Below the pieces are notes generated by a model that saw only the letters and a list, made by a program, of their open reading frames with translations, was not told where the DNA came from and searched no databases. A stretch of 64,000 bases of DNA from the human T2T-CHM13v2.0 reference genome, Homo sapiens. This document shows, piece after piece, positions 1 through 19,043 of this stretch. Numbering within the stretch: the stretch's first letter is position 1; each line of letters begins with the position of its first letter. The stretch is taken from the NCBI RefSeq assembly GCF_009914755.1, contig NC_060928.1; one strand, 5' to 3'. The position numbers were made by a program, and so were the translations under genes.

Positions 1-479
1 TTAACACCTATACTTTAGCCCAAACATTCCAATAGAATTATAATTTGCTAAATATGCTATGTTCTTTAGGGTCTGCACATTCATACAAACAGTACCTTCT
101 TGCTGAAAACAGGTGCTTACCTCTACCACCCTAGAATGAACAATCATGTTTACTTCTTTCCCTGCTGGATAACTCCTTCTAATAGTTAAGTTTCATTTCA
201 AATGTCTCCTCCTCTGGTCAGATTTCTCTAACCACTTGGTTTGTATCAGCTATATCACTTCACTCTCCTTTAGGACCACCTATCTCTTACAGTATACTGA
301 GAGTTCACTGGGGATAAACATTATTAATGTGTGTATTTTCATCATCAAGATAGCAACTTTTATTTAAAAAGTTGCTTACATATTTGATGAATAAATGAGT
401 AAAAATCATTTTACTACATCTTCCTGTCAATTAAAGCTGTTGCCAGTACTGGATATTATAAGTCACCTGTTGGCCCTTC

Positions 480-1310
480 TTCCATTTGGAATCATTTAAG
501 GTTCACAGAGAAGATGGCAAAAAAATTAGACACTTGCTGAAATAGAAAAGAGAGCAGAAGAGATTTTGGAACTGAGGTTGGAGGAGTAAGGATGTTAATT
601 GTGGATATGTTAAATCAGAGATAGCTATGGCTATTATCAGTGTAGAGTTTATGCAGGCAGTTGATATTAAAATTTAGAATTTAAGAGCGAGAATCAAACT
701 GGAGGTACAATGTGAGTTATAACGCGCACAGAGATGCTGTCTAAAGCATCAGATTTAATCTGGTCACTTAAAGAGCAAATTTAGAGCAAGAAGAGAGAAG
801 ATTCAAGGACAGGATCTGTGAAACTCCAAGTGTCAGAAAACTGACAGGGAACCAGCAAACAGTCCAAGGAAAAGTAGTCAGTGAAGGAGGAGAAGACCCA
901 GCAGGATTAGTGTCATGGAAGCTGAGTGACGAAGTATTCCATGAAGACAAAAGTGATTGTCTGTGCCGAATATTGCTGAAATAGCAAGTATATTAAGGTG
1001 TGAACATTAATCATTGGATTTAGAAATAGGAAAGTATTATGTACTAGTGAAAGAGGAGCTTTTTTAAAGTAAATGGCAGCAAGTGACACCGAAGAATTTG
1101 AAACACATTGATGCAGATAATTTTCCAGAGAATTTTGCCATAAAGAGGTCAGAGAAATAAGTTTTAGCCTGAAAAATTAAGTGAAGTAGCATTTATTTGT
1201 CTGTTTGTTGGGTAAGTTTGTTTAATTTGGAAAAATTAAAGCGTGTTTAGATTTGATGTAGAGAGGGGAAGCATTGAAGATGCAGAAGTGAGAGATCATT
1301 GCTGAGTAAT
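480..1310 (-). mobile_element. L2 LINE fragment (old, diverged)
   Basis: Degenerate antisense L2 motifs, e.g. GGATATGTTAAATCAGAGAT..., AGGCAGTTGATAT, ACCAGCAAA...GTGTCATGGAAGCTGAG. Boundaries approximate. Confidence 0.7.
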
Positions 1311-1574
1311 TTTACTAGTAATAAGGAAAATGCCAATTAAAATTGCAGTGAGGGACTATTTCACACCAAACAGACTAGCAAAATGCAAAAATTCTGTTGG
1401 TACCAATCTGTGGCCAAAATGGAGAAAATCACAAACTCTCATACATTGCTGGCAGGACTATACGTGGTAACAGCCACTTAGGAAAAATATTTGATGATAT
1501 GCAGTGTAGTTGAGGCATTTATTTCCCGAGACCTAGTGATTTCGCTTTCTGGTATACCTTCTAAAGCAATATTT

Positions 1575-1710
1575 TTACATTTTATTGTGCATACAAATCA
1601 CCGGAGATCCTGTTAAAATGCAGATTCTGGTTCAGGGGGCCTGGGATGAGGTCTGAGATTCCTCATTTCTAACAAGCTCCCGTGCAATGCCATTGCTGCA
1701 TGACTGTGGA
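1575..1710. mobile_element. MER5A-like hAT-Charlie DNA transposon fragment inside L1ME-like debris (about 1320-2140)
   Basis: AATCACCGGAGATCCTGTTAAAATGCAGATTCTGGTTCAG...TTTCTAACAAGCTCCC matches the recalled MER5A core. Confidence 0.75.
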
Positions 1711-3284
1711 TGCATGCGGAGTTACATGCCTCTGCGGCAGCTCTCGCACGTGTTCCAGAAGACGGCTGCAGTGATGCTCACTGAAATAGGGAACAGCTGC
1801 CAACCACCCCTCAGTGCATCAGTATGAGCACAGATGACACATCCTAGTATATTCAAAAGAGACAATGCCGTACTAGTTCCATGGTTGACAACATGGTGCT
1901 AAAACAAAAAACTCAAAGAATGATACATATTGAATGTTGCCTTTTATGTACATTTTATTTCCGAACATAAAAATATGTAAATTACAGTGGAAGACCAGAC
2001 ACAGAAATGCATGAAAATGCTTTCCTCTGAAAAGGGAGAAGAGTGGGATGGGATGGATAGGGGACTTTGAATAATATTATAAAATAGGGAAAATATTAAT
2101 ATATAGATACAGTATAGTAGGTATTCACTGTATTGTAAAAAATTTTATGGATTTTTAAATGATTAGCTTTTAAACTCATATAAATATTTGAAAATTCCCC
2201 GGGGCGGGGGTGGGGGGCATTCATAGAACAATTATGACTGTTTCTGTGCACTAGAGTCACTTAAAAATATTGCCCACTTTGTGATTACGTTTCTATGTAA
2301 GTTTGTGTGTGAACAAGCAGAAAGGTGGATGGATACGTATCAAGCACAACACTTCAGAAATGGAATGACTGTGGCAGAAGATTCCTTACATTTTCATTAC
2401 ACAGCCTTTGTTTTGCTCTTCCAATTCAAACAATAATTATGCAATATTTTTAACATAAGCCATTCCTTACAGGAAATTTAAAGTAAAATACTTTTAATAT
2501 CAAATAAATGTAAAAATATTAAAGAAAAGTAACATAAGAATAAAAAGTGTTGCAGTGTAGGAGATGAATGTTTGGGAAATTTTTTTTAAAAAGTAACAGT
2601 TATGAACTATGACCCACAAGTGCAACTTACAAAGAATCATATTGTCTCTAATCAAAAGACTCATTCATAATCATATGTAGGATATTTAACTTCTACTTTA
2701 AAACATACTGACAGGCATGCCGCCAACATTCCGGCTTCCCTGCTTTCTCCCCCATCTTCACCCTTCTCCTTTACCCGAATAACTGCTGAGTCCCAATCTG
2801 TATCCCACACCAAGTAATACTTCTTTACTCTTCTTGTCCTGATTAAGTTACCAAAGATTAGTGTTTTTCAAAATTCAACCCACTGCAATCAACATAATGC
2901 CTTATTGAAATCATCTTGTGAAATCTCTGCCTTTGAAAGGAACTGTGTTGTTATCAGCATAAAACATGGAATCAGTGCTGGCCTCCATTTTTCAAAAAAG
3001 CTTAAATGCTACCTAACGCCCAGTTCAAATTGAGCATAGTGAGGCTGCAATCTGCAGCAATCTGAGCTTCAAGTGCATTCCTGCAGCTCAAAAGGAGGAT
3101 CTGAGGTTGAAAATGACAGAAATGTAGAAGTCTATTACTTTACACGTACAATCATATATATATAGTATTATAATATAAATGTTATACATTATATTATAAA
3201 TGTAAAATATATTATTGTCCTGCCATGTTCCAGGTGCTATCCTAGTGTTAGGAAAACAGGCATAACAATGATCAGCTTCATGCT

Positions 3285-3410
3285 TTATTAACATATTATT
3301 TTACATATTTATGGGGTACATGGGATGTTTGGTTATACACAGGATGTATAATGATCATGTCAGGGTATGTGAGGTGTCCATCACTTGGAATATTTCTCAT
3401 TTCTACGTGT
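3285..3410 (-). mobile_element. L1MA-like 3' end fragment
   Basis: ACATATTTATGGGGTACATG...TGTATAATGATCA...TCCATCAC is typical of antisense L1MA 3' UTR. Confidence 0.6.
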
Positions 3411-4914
3411 TTTATCTTTTAATCAGGCCCGGGTAATTTTCTCAGTGCATGCCAGTTTTGACAAGTTCTTCAGAAATGTTGACTATGTCTGCATGGGAAA
3501 AGGAGAGATCAATGCATAGTAGTGTTTTTTTCTACAGACCCTAATTAAACAGAATGGGATGCTAAAGAAATTGATGGTCCCATATAATGTGTTCTACCAG
3601 TTCTTTAGTTCTTTCTTTTCCAGAGCCTTCCACTTAACTATATTTCACAAATCTTGTCATTACTCAATTCAGATGTTCCAAGTGGGGTTAGACACTAGTG
3701 GAGATTGAAAATAGTTACACGGGTAGTTAAAGCAGGTTTTCAATTTGCATCTCTGCCTTTATTATCACCATATCACCTTATATTCAGCAAGTGTGTAAAA
3801 AATGAAGGATGTGTCAAATGGGTTAACATTCTCGTGGCTATGTGTGTTCATCTTTCCATCAGTCATGAAAAAACTGTTTCCTACGTGCTATGATGACCTT
3901 ATGTCTTGTATGATTGGATTCTGCAGACATTCTCTTATTTTCTCTAATTTTAAGACATTAGAAACACTGTGTTAGCAATTTGAGGTAATCTCGCTGAGAG
4001 TGATGTTTGGCAGGGCTCTCTACTGATGACTCAGGGTCAATAAGATCTATTCAACATCGACTATTTTGCTTTATTAAACTCTCAGCAAAACCAACTCAAA
4101 TACATTTTGCCAGAAACATAAAACATAAACTAGCTATTAAAAGCAAGAATAAAGAAAATAAAAGCTGATGCTTCTTTTCTTCATATTTCTAACTTCACAT
4201 TCCTCTTTCCGCCTAAATCCAAAATGAAAACAAGCAAAAACAAACAAACAAACAAAAAACTGTTTAACACAGAACTATGTAAGCTTTCTTAGTCCTAACA
4301 GTTGGAATGCCTGAACAGCTCAGGACCATTGACCACCTTCTCGAATATTAATGTGCTGTCCTTTGCCCCAAAATCCAATCAAATAGGCTCTCATGAAAAC
4401 TGTATGGTTAATACATCCTCTGCTTCTGCAGAAGTCTTTAGTCTATACTATTCAGCCCACAAAGTCCACTAACTAAGAAAGTTTTCCAAACACCCACTCT
4501 CATACAAAATTCTATTGGATTCTTCAAAGATTATTAAGGACTTACTGCTAGGACCCCATGTTAAAGTAGCTTGCAGTCTAGCAAGACAGTCATGCATAAG
4601 AGGGAGCAACCGCAGTGCAGTGTGGTAAATATACTCATGCAAGGTCGAGGTCAAGCTTGCTGAGGGACCAGAGGAGCTCTTCTCAAAGGAATTGCCACCA
4701 AATCTCAGTTTTAAGGATGAATAAACATGTATCGATGGATAAGGAAGTAAAAGTTCTTTCAAAAGAGAAAAGAAGATCATATTTGCAAAAGCAAGGAAGC
4801 CTAGATCTGTGTATTTGGGCTTTGGATCTCAGAATCTAATGAGGATGAACTGGGTGCCGGATAGTGGAATATGAGACGAAGGTAAATATAATTAAAATTA
4901 GGCTTTATCATTTG

Positions 4915-5112
4915 ATCTGGGGCCAGTAAACCACGGCTGTGGGCTAAATACGGCCCACCATTTGTCATCTAAAGTTTTATTGGAACCAGGCAGACTTGTT
5001 CATTGTACATTGTCTTAGCAGCTTGGAGAGTGGCGAAGAGACCCTGAAGTCCTCAAAGCCTAGGGTGTCTACTACCTAACCCCTTACAGAGAAAGCTTGT
5101 CACCCTGATTTA
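4915..5112. mobile_element. MER58A-like DNA transposon
   Basis: GGGCTAAATACGGCCCACC...AAAGTTTTATTGGAAC...CCCCTTACAGAGAAAGCTTGTCACCC. Confidence 0.7.
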
Positions 5113-7022
5113 GATGCTGGGATTTGGTGAAGTATTTAAGCAGGCGTTGAGAACAGATTTTAGTCTTTGTCAGGAGATGTGAGGTGAGCCAGAGTTTGAT
5201 CATGTAGAGGCAGGAAGACCATTTCAGAATGGGAAATAATAAGAACCCAAACTAAGGCAGTGGTTGTGGCGATGAAGATGGAGAACAGGGAAGGAAATCA
5301 CCTCGTGTTAAATAGGTGCAATGGGTAGGACCTGACAAAGCTACAGGCGTGGAGGAGAAAGGGAAGAGTCAGGGTTTTCTACCACTAACCGAGATGGTGT
5401 AGATTGTACAGAAGAAAAGGGTCAGGAAAAAATAAGAGAGAATCCAGAGATGATGTACTGACTGTTCCCTCGAGGCAGAGCAGAACCATTTTTGTCTTTT
5501 TATAAACAACATAAATTTTGTATTTTTGATACAAAAAGTGGCAGAGCATAAGTCTGTTGAATAAAACTGTAAAAAAACATAAAAGAGAAAAAAACAAAAT
5601 TATACAAGTAATCCTTAATGACACAATTAATGAATTCTCTTTGTTTGTGTCTGTTGTTCCCATGACTACATATGCTTTCCAATATCTTACCAAAATGGAA
5701 GCATACTCTTATACTCTCTCATAAAATCCACAGAGTTAATTATTGGGATAGTTTCAAATTTTGTTTTTATAAGCAGCATTCTGACTGAATTGTTAAATTT
5801 TTGATATGTATTCAATTTTTTCCTTAGTATAAATTCCACTATATGGAATTTCTAGGTCAAAGAAAATGTACATTTTTAAATGTTTTAAACAATTATTTAA
5901 AAGTTCTTATAATCATTTGTTTACAGAGTATAGAAATCTAGACAAATCCATGCCAGAATAAAGAGAATTTATTAACAAAAATACTACGGGACTCTAATTG
6001 AAGAAATAGAGCTGAGTTCCTGCGAAATGCACTAAGAACACGAAAGTCAGCATAAAACGTCTCTCATCCTTCCTTTTGCTCTTGCTCTTTCTCCTGGTGC
6101 AGCATGATCTTTCTTTTACACTCTCTGAGACACCTTAACATGATTTTTAGCCCTCCCTTGGCTCACCCATCTGATTATACCTGGCTCATTACAGTGGCCC
6201 AATGTAGTAGTTTCCATCCTTAAATCTAATGATATTACAGCTCTACTTGATTCTAACTTCAAAATTTGTAAAATAAAGTGATCGAAAGATAAAAATTTCA
6301 CTTGATGCATCTGAAATTATTCGTCCATCCCCTTCCAATCAGCTCCGAAAATGGGTCTATATCAACTGGAAAAGCCACCCATCACTTCCAAAGCCTTCAG
6401 TTGGACAGGGCTCTTGTCAGGGATATAATGACAGGTATCTCTACCCCCCAAAAAAGTATTCAATACACATTAAAAATGCAAATAATAAATGTAAATGATA
6501 TATCATTTTAACAATTAGAAATAACCTCAGTTTTCATTTTCATTTATTGTCTCCTGGATGTGTTTTTCTAACACTTAAGACAAAGTTCAAAACATTTTTC
6601 CAGATCAAAAATTAAAACCCTTCAACATCATTTTAATAATCACTGAATATTCGATTTCATATTTATGCCTCGAGTTATCAAGTATTGTTCAACTGAGGGA
6701 TATTGAGATTGTTTCCAGTGTTTAGATATTTAAAACTGTGTGATAATAAACATTTTAGCTTATTTTTCAGACTATTTATTCAGAAAAATATTAAAAGAGA
6801 GAAATTGCTAATTAAAAAAATTTGCAGCCTACAAGAGTTTTGATACACACTAACAAGTAATCACACACAAATTGTCACTAAATTAGAGGTGCACTACGCC
6901 AGGATGATGCTGGTGCTATCATCTTCCTCATCACCAATCTGATACGTCTTTTAAAACAACTGTTCAAATGCTTATTGACCACACAAGAGCCTTTTGTTAT
7001 ACTCATGGTCTGCTTTTGCACA

Positions 7023-7080
7023 GATGATCTGATTTTTTATGTAAAGTTTTTGATGATCTGATTTTTTAATGTAAAGTTTT
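7023..7080. repeat. Tandem duplication of about 29 bp
   Basis: GATGATCTGATTTTTT(A)ATGTAAAGTTTT occurs twice in tandem. Confidence 0.85.
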
Positions 7081-7509
7081 CCTTTATCAGATAAGGATAG
7101 TCAATTTTCCACTGCTTATTGGTTTAAATGTTGTTCCTTTGTATTTCAACTTAACATTGTTTATGGTAGAATTTTTTTTTTGTCTTTTGTTTGATGTGCA
7201 GGGGGATTTTTTTTTATGTATATGTGGTCAAATCCATGCAATCCTGTGTGGTTTCAGCTTGTCTCAGGATTTAGTGAGACATTTAGAAGAGTCTGTCCCA
7301 ATTATCATATCATTTTTGAATGTTTTTTAATGTTAAATTTACTTCCAGTATTTAATTACCTAATTTTGTCATTGAAATAGTATTTTTAACTGATTTGAGT
7401 GTTATATTTGAGAAAGAACTATAAAAATTTTAACTCAGATTATATCATAACAGAATAAATTTTGTAAACCATCTCTTCTCCCATTAATTTAAAATTCAAA
7501 AATTAATGT

Positions 7510-9335
7510 GCACAGTTTCAGCTCTGATACATAAAGAGCTAGTGAGCTAATACTCCTGTCCTTAGAATAGGAAAAAGATGGGCCAATTGAAAATCAATGG
7601 CTTTCTTAGAACCATCAAAGGGTCTGAATTTGAAGGATCAACTTCTGTCCCAAAAGCTGTAAAGACAGGCATATCCAAAGAGGCATAAAACCCAAATCTG
7701 CTTACCTAGAGCGGAAGCCCCTGGAGCCAGGACCTGGCAGGCACACTTGAACAGTGATTTTGTTGACTTACTAGAGGCTGAATGTGGACTAAATGGAGGC
7801 AGAAGCTCCTTGCGTCACAGTCTCAGGGCTCCCCTCACATTCATAGGGTGTCCCTCTGGAAACCCTACTGGATTCTCAATGATAATTCAAGAACAATGCC
7901 TTCCTAGCTTTGGCCAGGGAAAGGGAAGGGTAACAACTGTGAAATATACTAGAATCTTGTCCATAAAGAGGCCTACTTTATAGAAGAAAACACTGCCATA
8001 GTGCAATTTTGAAATCTTATCCCAACCGGGAGAAGAAAATCACTCCTCGTTCAAGCCATCTTCAGCCTTTCTGTCTCAACTAAGTGGAAACAAACACAAT
8101 CAAAACCACAACCATAGTCAACAGGTGCCAAAGCCACAGAAAATAAATTGGGGAAGCTGAGTCAGAGAAGGGAGTAAGGAGCAGAGGGAACAAAATATAT
8201 ACTACTTGTGAAGGCCATGGACACAGATCAACTAAAAGACTTGAGAGTTATTCAGAAGTTTGTAGAATTATCCTCCTCTTCATCTTCTACCACAACAAAA
8301 GGCCTCCCGTATAGCACCAGTGAATTACAACTGAGAGAGCTGCAGGACACAAAATCCCTCTTGGGATTATAAGAACCAAAGCCCAAAGTTAAGACGGGAG
8401 ATAGGAACAAGGACACTAGAAGATTTTGAAGACTCTTATACCAATAGCTACGACAAATACTAAACACAGCCCAACTCCTAGTCCCGCTAATCCATACGAA
8501 AAGCCTGTTTATCTCAGTTCCTGTGACCTGGCACAGCATGTCTAGCCTTGAACAAAACAAAATTAAAGGGCATGGCAAGAAAAAATATATAATCTAAAAA
8601 GACAAAGCAATAATAAGAACCAGGTTCTGACGTGACACATACTTTAGAATTAAAAGAGAATTGAACAAGTAGGACCAATATGTTAAGGATTCTAAAGTAA
8701 AAAGTAGAAACATGCATAAAATACACGTGTAATGTTTACAGAGAGATAAAAGCAAGAAAGAATAAAAAAGAAGTTGTAGAAAATAAAACACAGTAACAAA
8801 AATGAAGAATGCCCTTAGTGGGTTTAGTAATAGATCCAACACGGTCCAGAAAAGAACCAGTGAACTTGAAGGTGAGTAAACAGAATCATTCAAACTAAAC
8901 TGCAAAAAGAGCAGATGAAGATAAAACCATAATAGACATAAAAGACTTGTGGGGCAATACCAATAGGTGCAACTATGTGTTATTAAAGTGACAAATGAAG
9001 CAGAAACAGAGAAAAGAGCAGAAAAAAATATTGGCCCAGCATATTTCAAAATTAATAATAGACACCAAACTACAGATACAGGTAACTCAGAGACCATCAA
9101 GCAGGATAAAGACCAAAATACTATATGCAGGCATGTCATGTTCAAACTGCAGAAAACTGAAGGAAGAGAAATTTAAAACTAAAAATAATATTTAAGAAAA
9201 ATTTTAGAAATGGAGAAACAAGGAAAATAATTACAGCAGACATCTCACCAGAAATCATGCAAGCAAGAAGAGAGTGGAATAAAGTATTTAAAATGTTGAA
9301 GGAAAAAGCCATCAACCTAGAATTCTATATTCAGT
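7510..9335 (+). mobile_element. Old L1M (L1MC/MD/ME-like) 5' region and ORF1, left part; interrupted by an L1PA
   Basis: ORF 9257 begins MQARREWNKVFKMLKEK, resembling L1 ORF1p LQARREWGPIFNILKEK. A-rich coiled-coil-coding debris at 8700-9250. Confidence 0.75.
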
Positions 9336-9340
9336 ATAAA

Positions 9341-12480
<3,140 letters not shown>

Positions 12481-13040
12481 AAATATCTTTCAAAAGTAAA
12501 GGAGCAGCAAAGACTTTCTCAAACTGAAACTGAGAGAATTCATCACCAACAGACCTGCCCTCTAAGAAACATTTCATGCAGAAGAAAAATTATATAGGCC
12601 AGAAACATAGAGCTACATAAAGAAAATAGCATCAAACAAGTAACAAATGAAGGCAAAATATTTTAGTCTTCATATTTTAACCCTAAAATTAATTAAGACA
12701 ATTGTTTGCTTAAAACAATAACAACAACAATGTATCAGATGATTATGTCATATAGACAAGTGAAATGAGTGACAGCAATGTCCCTGGGGATGGGGGGTGA
12801 GGAATTGGGGGTACTCTGTTATCAGGTAATCAGGTACGGACATTACATGAGAAGTTGTACAGTACTTTTTAAAGGTGAACCTATAATAGTTAAAAATGTA
12901 TATTGCAAACTCTAGAACAGCCATTAAAATATTTTTAGAGAAGTATAATTGATATATTAAGAAGGAGAATAAAATGGAATCAAATGAGATGTTCAGTTAA
13001 TATCATAGAAAGCAGATAAAGAAGGGAAAAATAATATTTT
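12481..13040 (+). mobile_element. Old L1M ORF1 end and downstream sequence, right part of the element split by the L1PA
   Basis: AAATATCTTTCAAAAG...CTGAGAGAATTCATCACCAACAGACCTGCCC continues ORF1 from AACCTAGAATTCTATATTCAG at about 9315-9335. Confidence 0.75.
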
Positions 13041-13111
13041 AAAAATATGTCTGTATAATTGAGCCTGTTTCTGAACTTTTCATTGTATTTTTTCTACTGG
13101 AATCAGTAGCA

Positions 13112-13112
<1 letters not shown>

Positions 13113-13192
<80 letters not shown>

Positions 13193-13350
13193 TATATACA
13201 CATATACATATACACACACTATATATAGTATACTTCGTACATAGCATACTTCATACTACACATATAATATGTATAGTATACTTCATATATATACTATATT
13301 AATACTATACATATAGTATATACTATATATACTTCATATATGAATACATG
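13113..13350. repeat. (TA)n about 24 units, then (CA/TA) compound low-complexity sequence
   Basis: Direct reading of the sequence. Confidence 0.95.
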
Positions 13351-13857
13351 AAGAATATATTTTTTCTAGTAGAAAAAATAAAACATGAAAAGTTTAGAAA
13401 CAGGCTCAATTATACAGAAATATTTTTATACTGGAATCAGTAACAGTATATATATATATATAATATATACACTGTGTGTATATATTTCTAATATATTTCT
13501 ACACACACATATTTCTACACACACACACACACACACACGGAGACTTTGCTTACATTTCCATTCAGCTTATTGAATAATTTAGGGAAAAAAATGCAATCTG
13601 GCCATGCTGGATTTTTTTTTTTTGCCTCATTTAATGAAGTTATATTTCTCTCAACGAAATTTTGTAGTTTTCTTCATACATCCTATGCTTAGAATTTTTA
13701 TTTTCATTGTTATACAATAAAATTTTGTAACCATTTTTTTCCAATTGGTGTTTATTAGCTTCTAAATATTTGATTTGAGTGTATGTTTCATGTACTCAAC
13801 AAGCTACTCAATAGTCTCATTAGGCCTAATACTAACATTAAGTTTTCTCTTTTCTAG

Positions 13858-14199
<342 letters not shown>

Positions 14200-14209
14200 A
14201 TAACTTCTA

Positions 14210-14515
<306 letters not shown>

Positions 14516-14689
14516 AAACTTCCATTTTTTAAAATTGCATTGCCTAGGACCTCCAGAATACTGCTATATATAACAGTGCTTACAGGTGTTTGTTTCTAAT
14601 TACTGAATCTAAACAGAGTACTTCAGTGTTTTTTTCATTAAATATTAATTTTCTGTTGGTTTTTTTTTCACATATTTAACAAAAATAAT

Positions 14690-16060
<1,371 letters not shown>

Positions 16061-16329
16061 AAAGGCAGCAGGGCCTGCAGCGGCTTCCCTGCATCCCCTC
16101 CACACTCGCCCATGAATGAGGTCCTCTCATCAGCCAGTCTGATGGAACAGCCAGGCACGGTTGCTGCGGATCCCTGAGTAGCGTGTTTCTGCTCCCCGCC
16201 AGCCCTAGAGACATTATTCCAACAAGCCCAGCGCATTCCCCCATGAGAACCTGAGGACAACGCACACTCTGACACTCCAAAGCCTCTCACAGCCCCAGCA
16301 GTTCATTCTGTCCCCAACACAGTCCTCGG

Positions 16330-16580
16330 GCGCCAGGACAGTGCACGGCCTCCCGGTCCCCCGGGCTGCTCCACGACGGTGTCCCCAGGGCTGCGCCACA
16401 ACAGTGCACGACCTCCCCGTAACTCGGGCTGCCCCACGACGGTGCACGGCCTCCCGGTCCCCCGGGCTGCCCCACGACGGTGCACGGCCTCCCGGTCCCC
16501 CGGGCTGTGCCACGACAGCGTCCCCCGGGCCGCCCCACGACGGTGCACGGCCTCCAGGTCCCTCGGGCTGCGAGTGCAGG
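16330..16580. repeat. CpG-rich minisatellite, 38-bp unit plus 25-bp partial units
   Basis: GTGCACG(G/A)CCTCC at 16341, 16404, 16442, 16480 and 16543 (spacings 63, 38, 38, 63). Confidence 0.92.
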
Positions 16581-19019
16581 TGATTAATAAACTGCCGTCA
16601 ATCTCGTCTGCTCGGTGGCGGGTGATTTGTTTTCAGACAATACTATAGCCCTGGGACGAGAATCCCTCCCTGCGAATGGGATGAACAGCGAGCACTTAAA
16701 CAAAGAGTGGCCATTGGATCTGGCAACATTAGCTTCCCCTGGAATCAGGAAGAAAATACTTTGACAAGGAAATGTGAGGAAGAAGTAGAAACAGGAACTG
16801 GAAAGATCTCCTTCCAGAAGTTCCACTGTGCTTGGGAGTGAGGGGAAGATGGTTTTCTAAGACCGGAGATGCCACAGCCTATAAAAGGGCTGAAAATTAA
16901 GAAGGGCAGATGGGTGGGGCAAGAGTAAGGGCCAACAGCAGCAAGAGTAAAGTCCTTGGGAAGTGGGAGGTAAACGGCTCTGGAGCACAAGGTTGTTCTC
17001 AGACAGAAGCGCGGAGATTTCATCCAAAGTAGCAGAAGGTGCAACAAAGCAGAGATGGATGCGAGTGCCCTGCCCCGGCAGCTGAGACGTGGGAAGATGG
17101 GAGTCCCGGCCCACAGAGCTCACTGATGGCTTCCACTGTGCTCACCTGTTCTGGGGGGACGCACAGGAGATGGAGCTGGGTTTAATGAAAATTGAGAATT
17201 TGCCCAGAAAAATGTCGAGACTATTTACAAAAGACTGTCAGATACTTATTAGCATATAAAGAAAATAAACTTTTATTCCTAGAGGTAAATAAGAGCTATT
17301 AAAAAATGAAAAGATGTAAAATTTTGTTTATTTTTTATGTGAAGTATCAAAATGATCATATTGTTTTTCTTTGGTTGTACAGCATTATGGTTTTCTTCAC
17401 TTGTTTTAAAAATTAAGAAACTAGTTTAAAGAATTGATTGAATGTGATATGTTGAGTTTTCACTAAGTCACTAAGCTTAATGGTGTACATAACACATATA
17501 ACATATGATTAGTCTTTCTTAAGAATACTTAGATTTTATATTATTAAGTAAGAGACATAGGATCACATCTATGTGATAATAATATGAAAATGTTTAATAC
17601 CAAACAAGCTGAATAAACTCTAACCATGGAAAACTTAGTATAGGGATAAAATTGCTATCTGTGGTTGATGTTCCAGTGGCTTGAATGCTATGCAATAGAC
17701 AGGAACAACATTTCTGGGAAGTAACATTTGGGGGGACCTATATTTTGGTAAGTCCTGGAAAACCAGACTAACTATATTTTATTATTATAGTCTAGTTAAC
17801 TTAGAATATGAGATGGATGTTTTAATTCATAACAAATGAGCATTCAGAGTATGAGATAACATATGTAATGCATTTAGAATAGCACCTGGCATATAGTAAA
17901 TAACCAATTAAATTATTATTTTAATATTGCTGGCAATGCTTGTCAAATATAAGAATATTGAAAATGATGCTATCTGGAGTCTATTTATCATCTGAAAAGT
18001 ATTTTTTATTGTTTTATTGAAGAGAAAGCAACAGCATTTCTCACAGATTTGTTTCCTGTTTGCTTGTGAGCTTGTTATTAGAACATTTCTGCAACCCATG
18101 AACACAAACCTGGTCACGATAAATATGCCAAATCTTGGGAAATTCACTTAACGCCCCTTCCTGTTAGGCCTGTTATACTGAGATACACGCTGATCGATGG
18201 GATTTATGTAAGTACTTGTGCTTTTAAAACTCAGTCCATGCACTACTTGTAGACTGTGGTCAAACATTTAAATTAAGTAACTCTTCTACAAGGCAATTTG
18301 GCAGAACCTTAAACTTTTGCAAACTCTTAGAACTAGCATTTCTCCTTAGAACCAGGAATATTCAAACATTTATCTGTAAAGAAATTATTGTAACAACAGC
18401 AAAAAAATGTGAAGGAATCTAAATGCCCTCTGCTAAAGCGATAGGTAAATAAATTATGGCCAAATATGCATGCATCAATCACAAATAGTGTCACATAACA
18501 CTGTGCAGTGATGCACAAAGAGACTCTTAGTCTATTAAGCACAACTGCTATGATCAAACACTCAAAAACTAAGTGACCCTATTTTTTGGAAAAATAAGAG
18601 ATAGTCATTGAAAGAAAAATACTTGAAGGAGATACACTAAAATGTTGGTAGTATTTGTGTCTGAATGGTGGTGTTAGAAGTAATTTTCTTGTTTTCTCTA
18701 TCTATATTTTCCATTTTTAATAAATATATCTCCTCTTTGCTTAGAAAATATAAGGTTTTTTTAACTGAAATATAACAAAGTGATATAGAAGGAGACCTAC
18801 TTCTGACAATATTAAAACATAGCTAAGTAATATCATGCATACTAATGAACATTCAAAACCAAAAGAAGCAAATAAAATATATATTAAAATTAATGTAAAT
18901 ATACAATTTATATTTGCTCAGATTCAGTCAAATATTTGAAACAAATTTTAGTAGGGTCAGAAATGAAAAGAATATAATAGTTACAAAGATAATAGATGGG
19001 TTATAGCTCTTGTACAATT

Positions 19020-19043
19020 ATCATCATCATCATCATCATCATC
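19020..19043. repeat. (CAT)n trinucleotide repeat, about 8 units
   Basis: Direct reading of the sequence. Confidence 0.9.

Noticed and set aside
2201-2217. G-quadruplex candidate GGGGCGGGGGTGGGGGG (also 41280-41295)
   Set aside because: Only three G-runs, so it is not a canonical four-tract motif.
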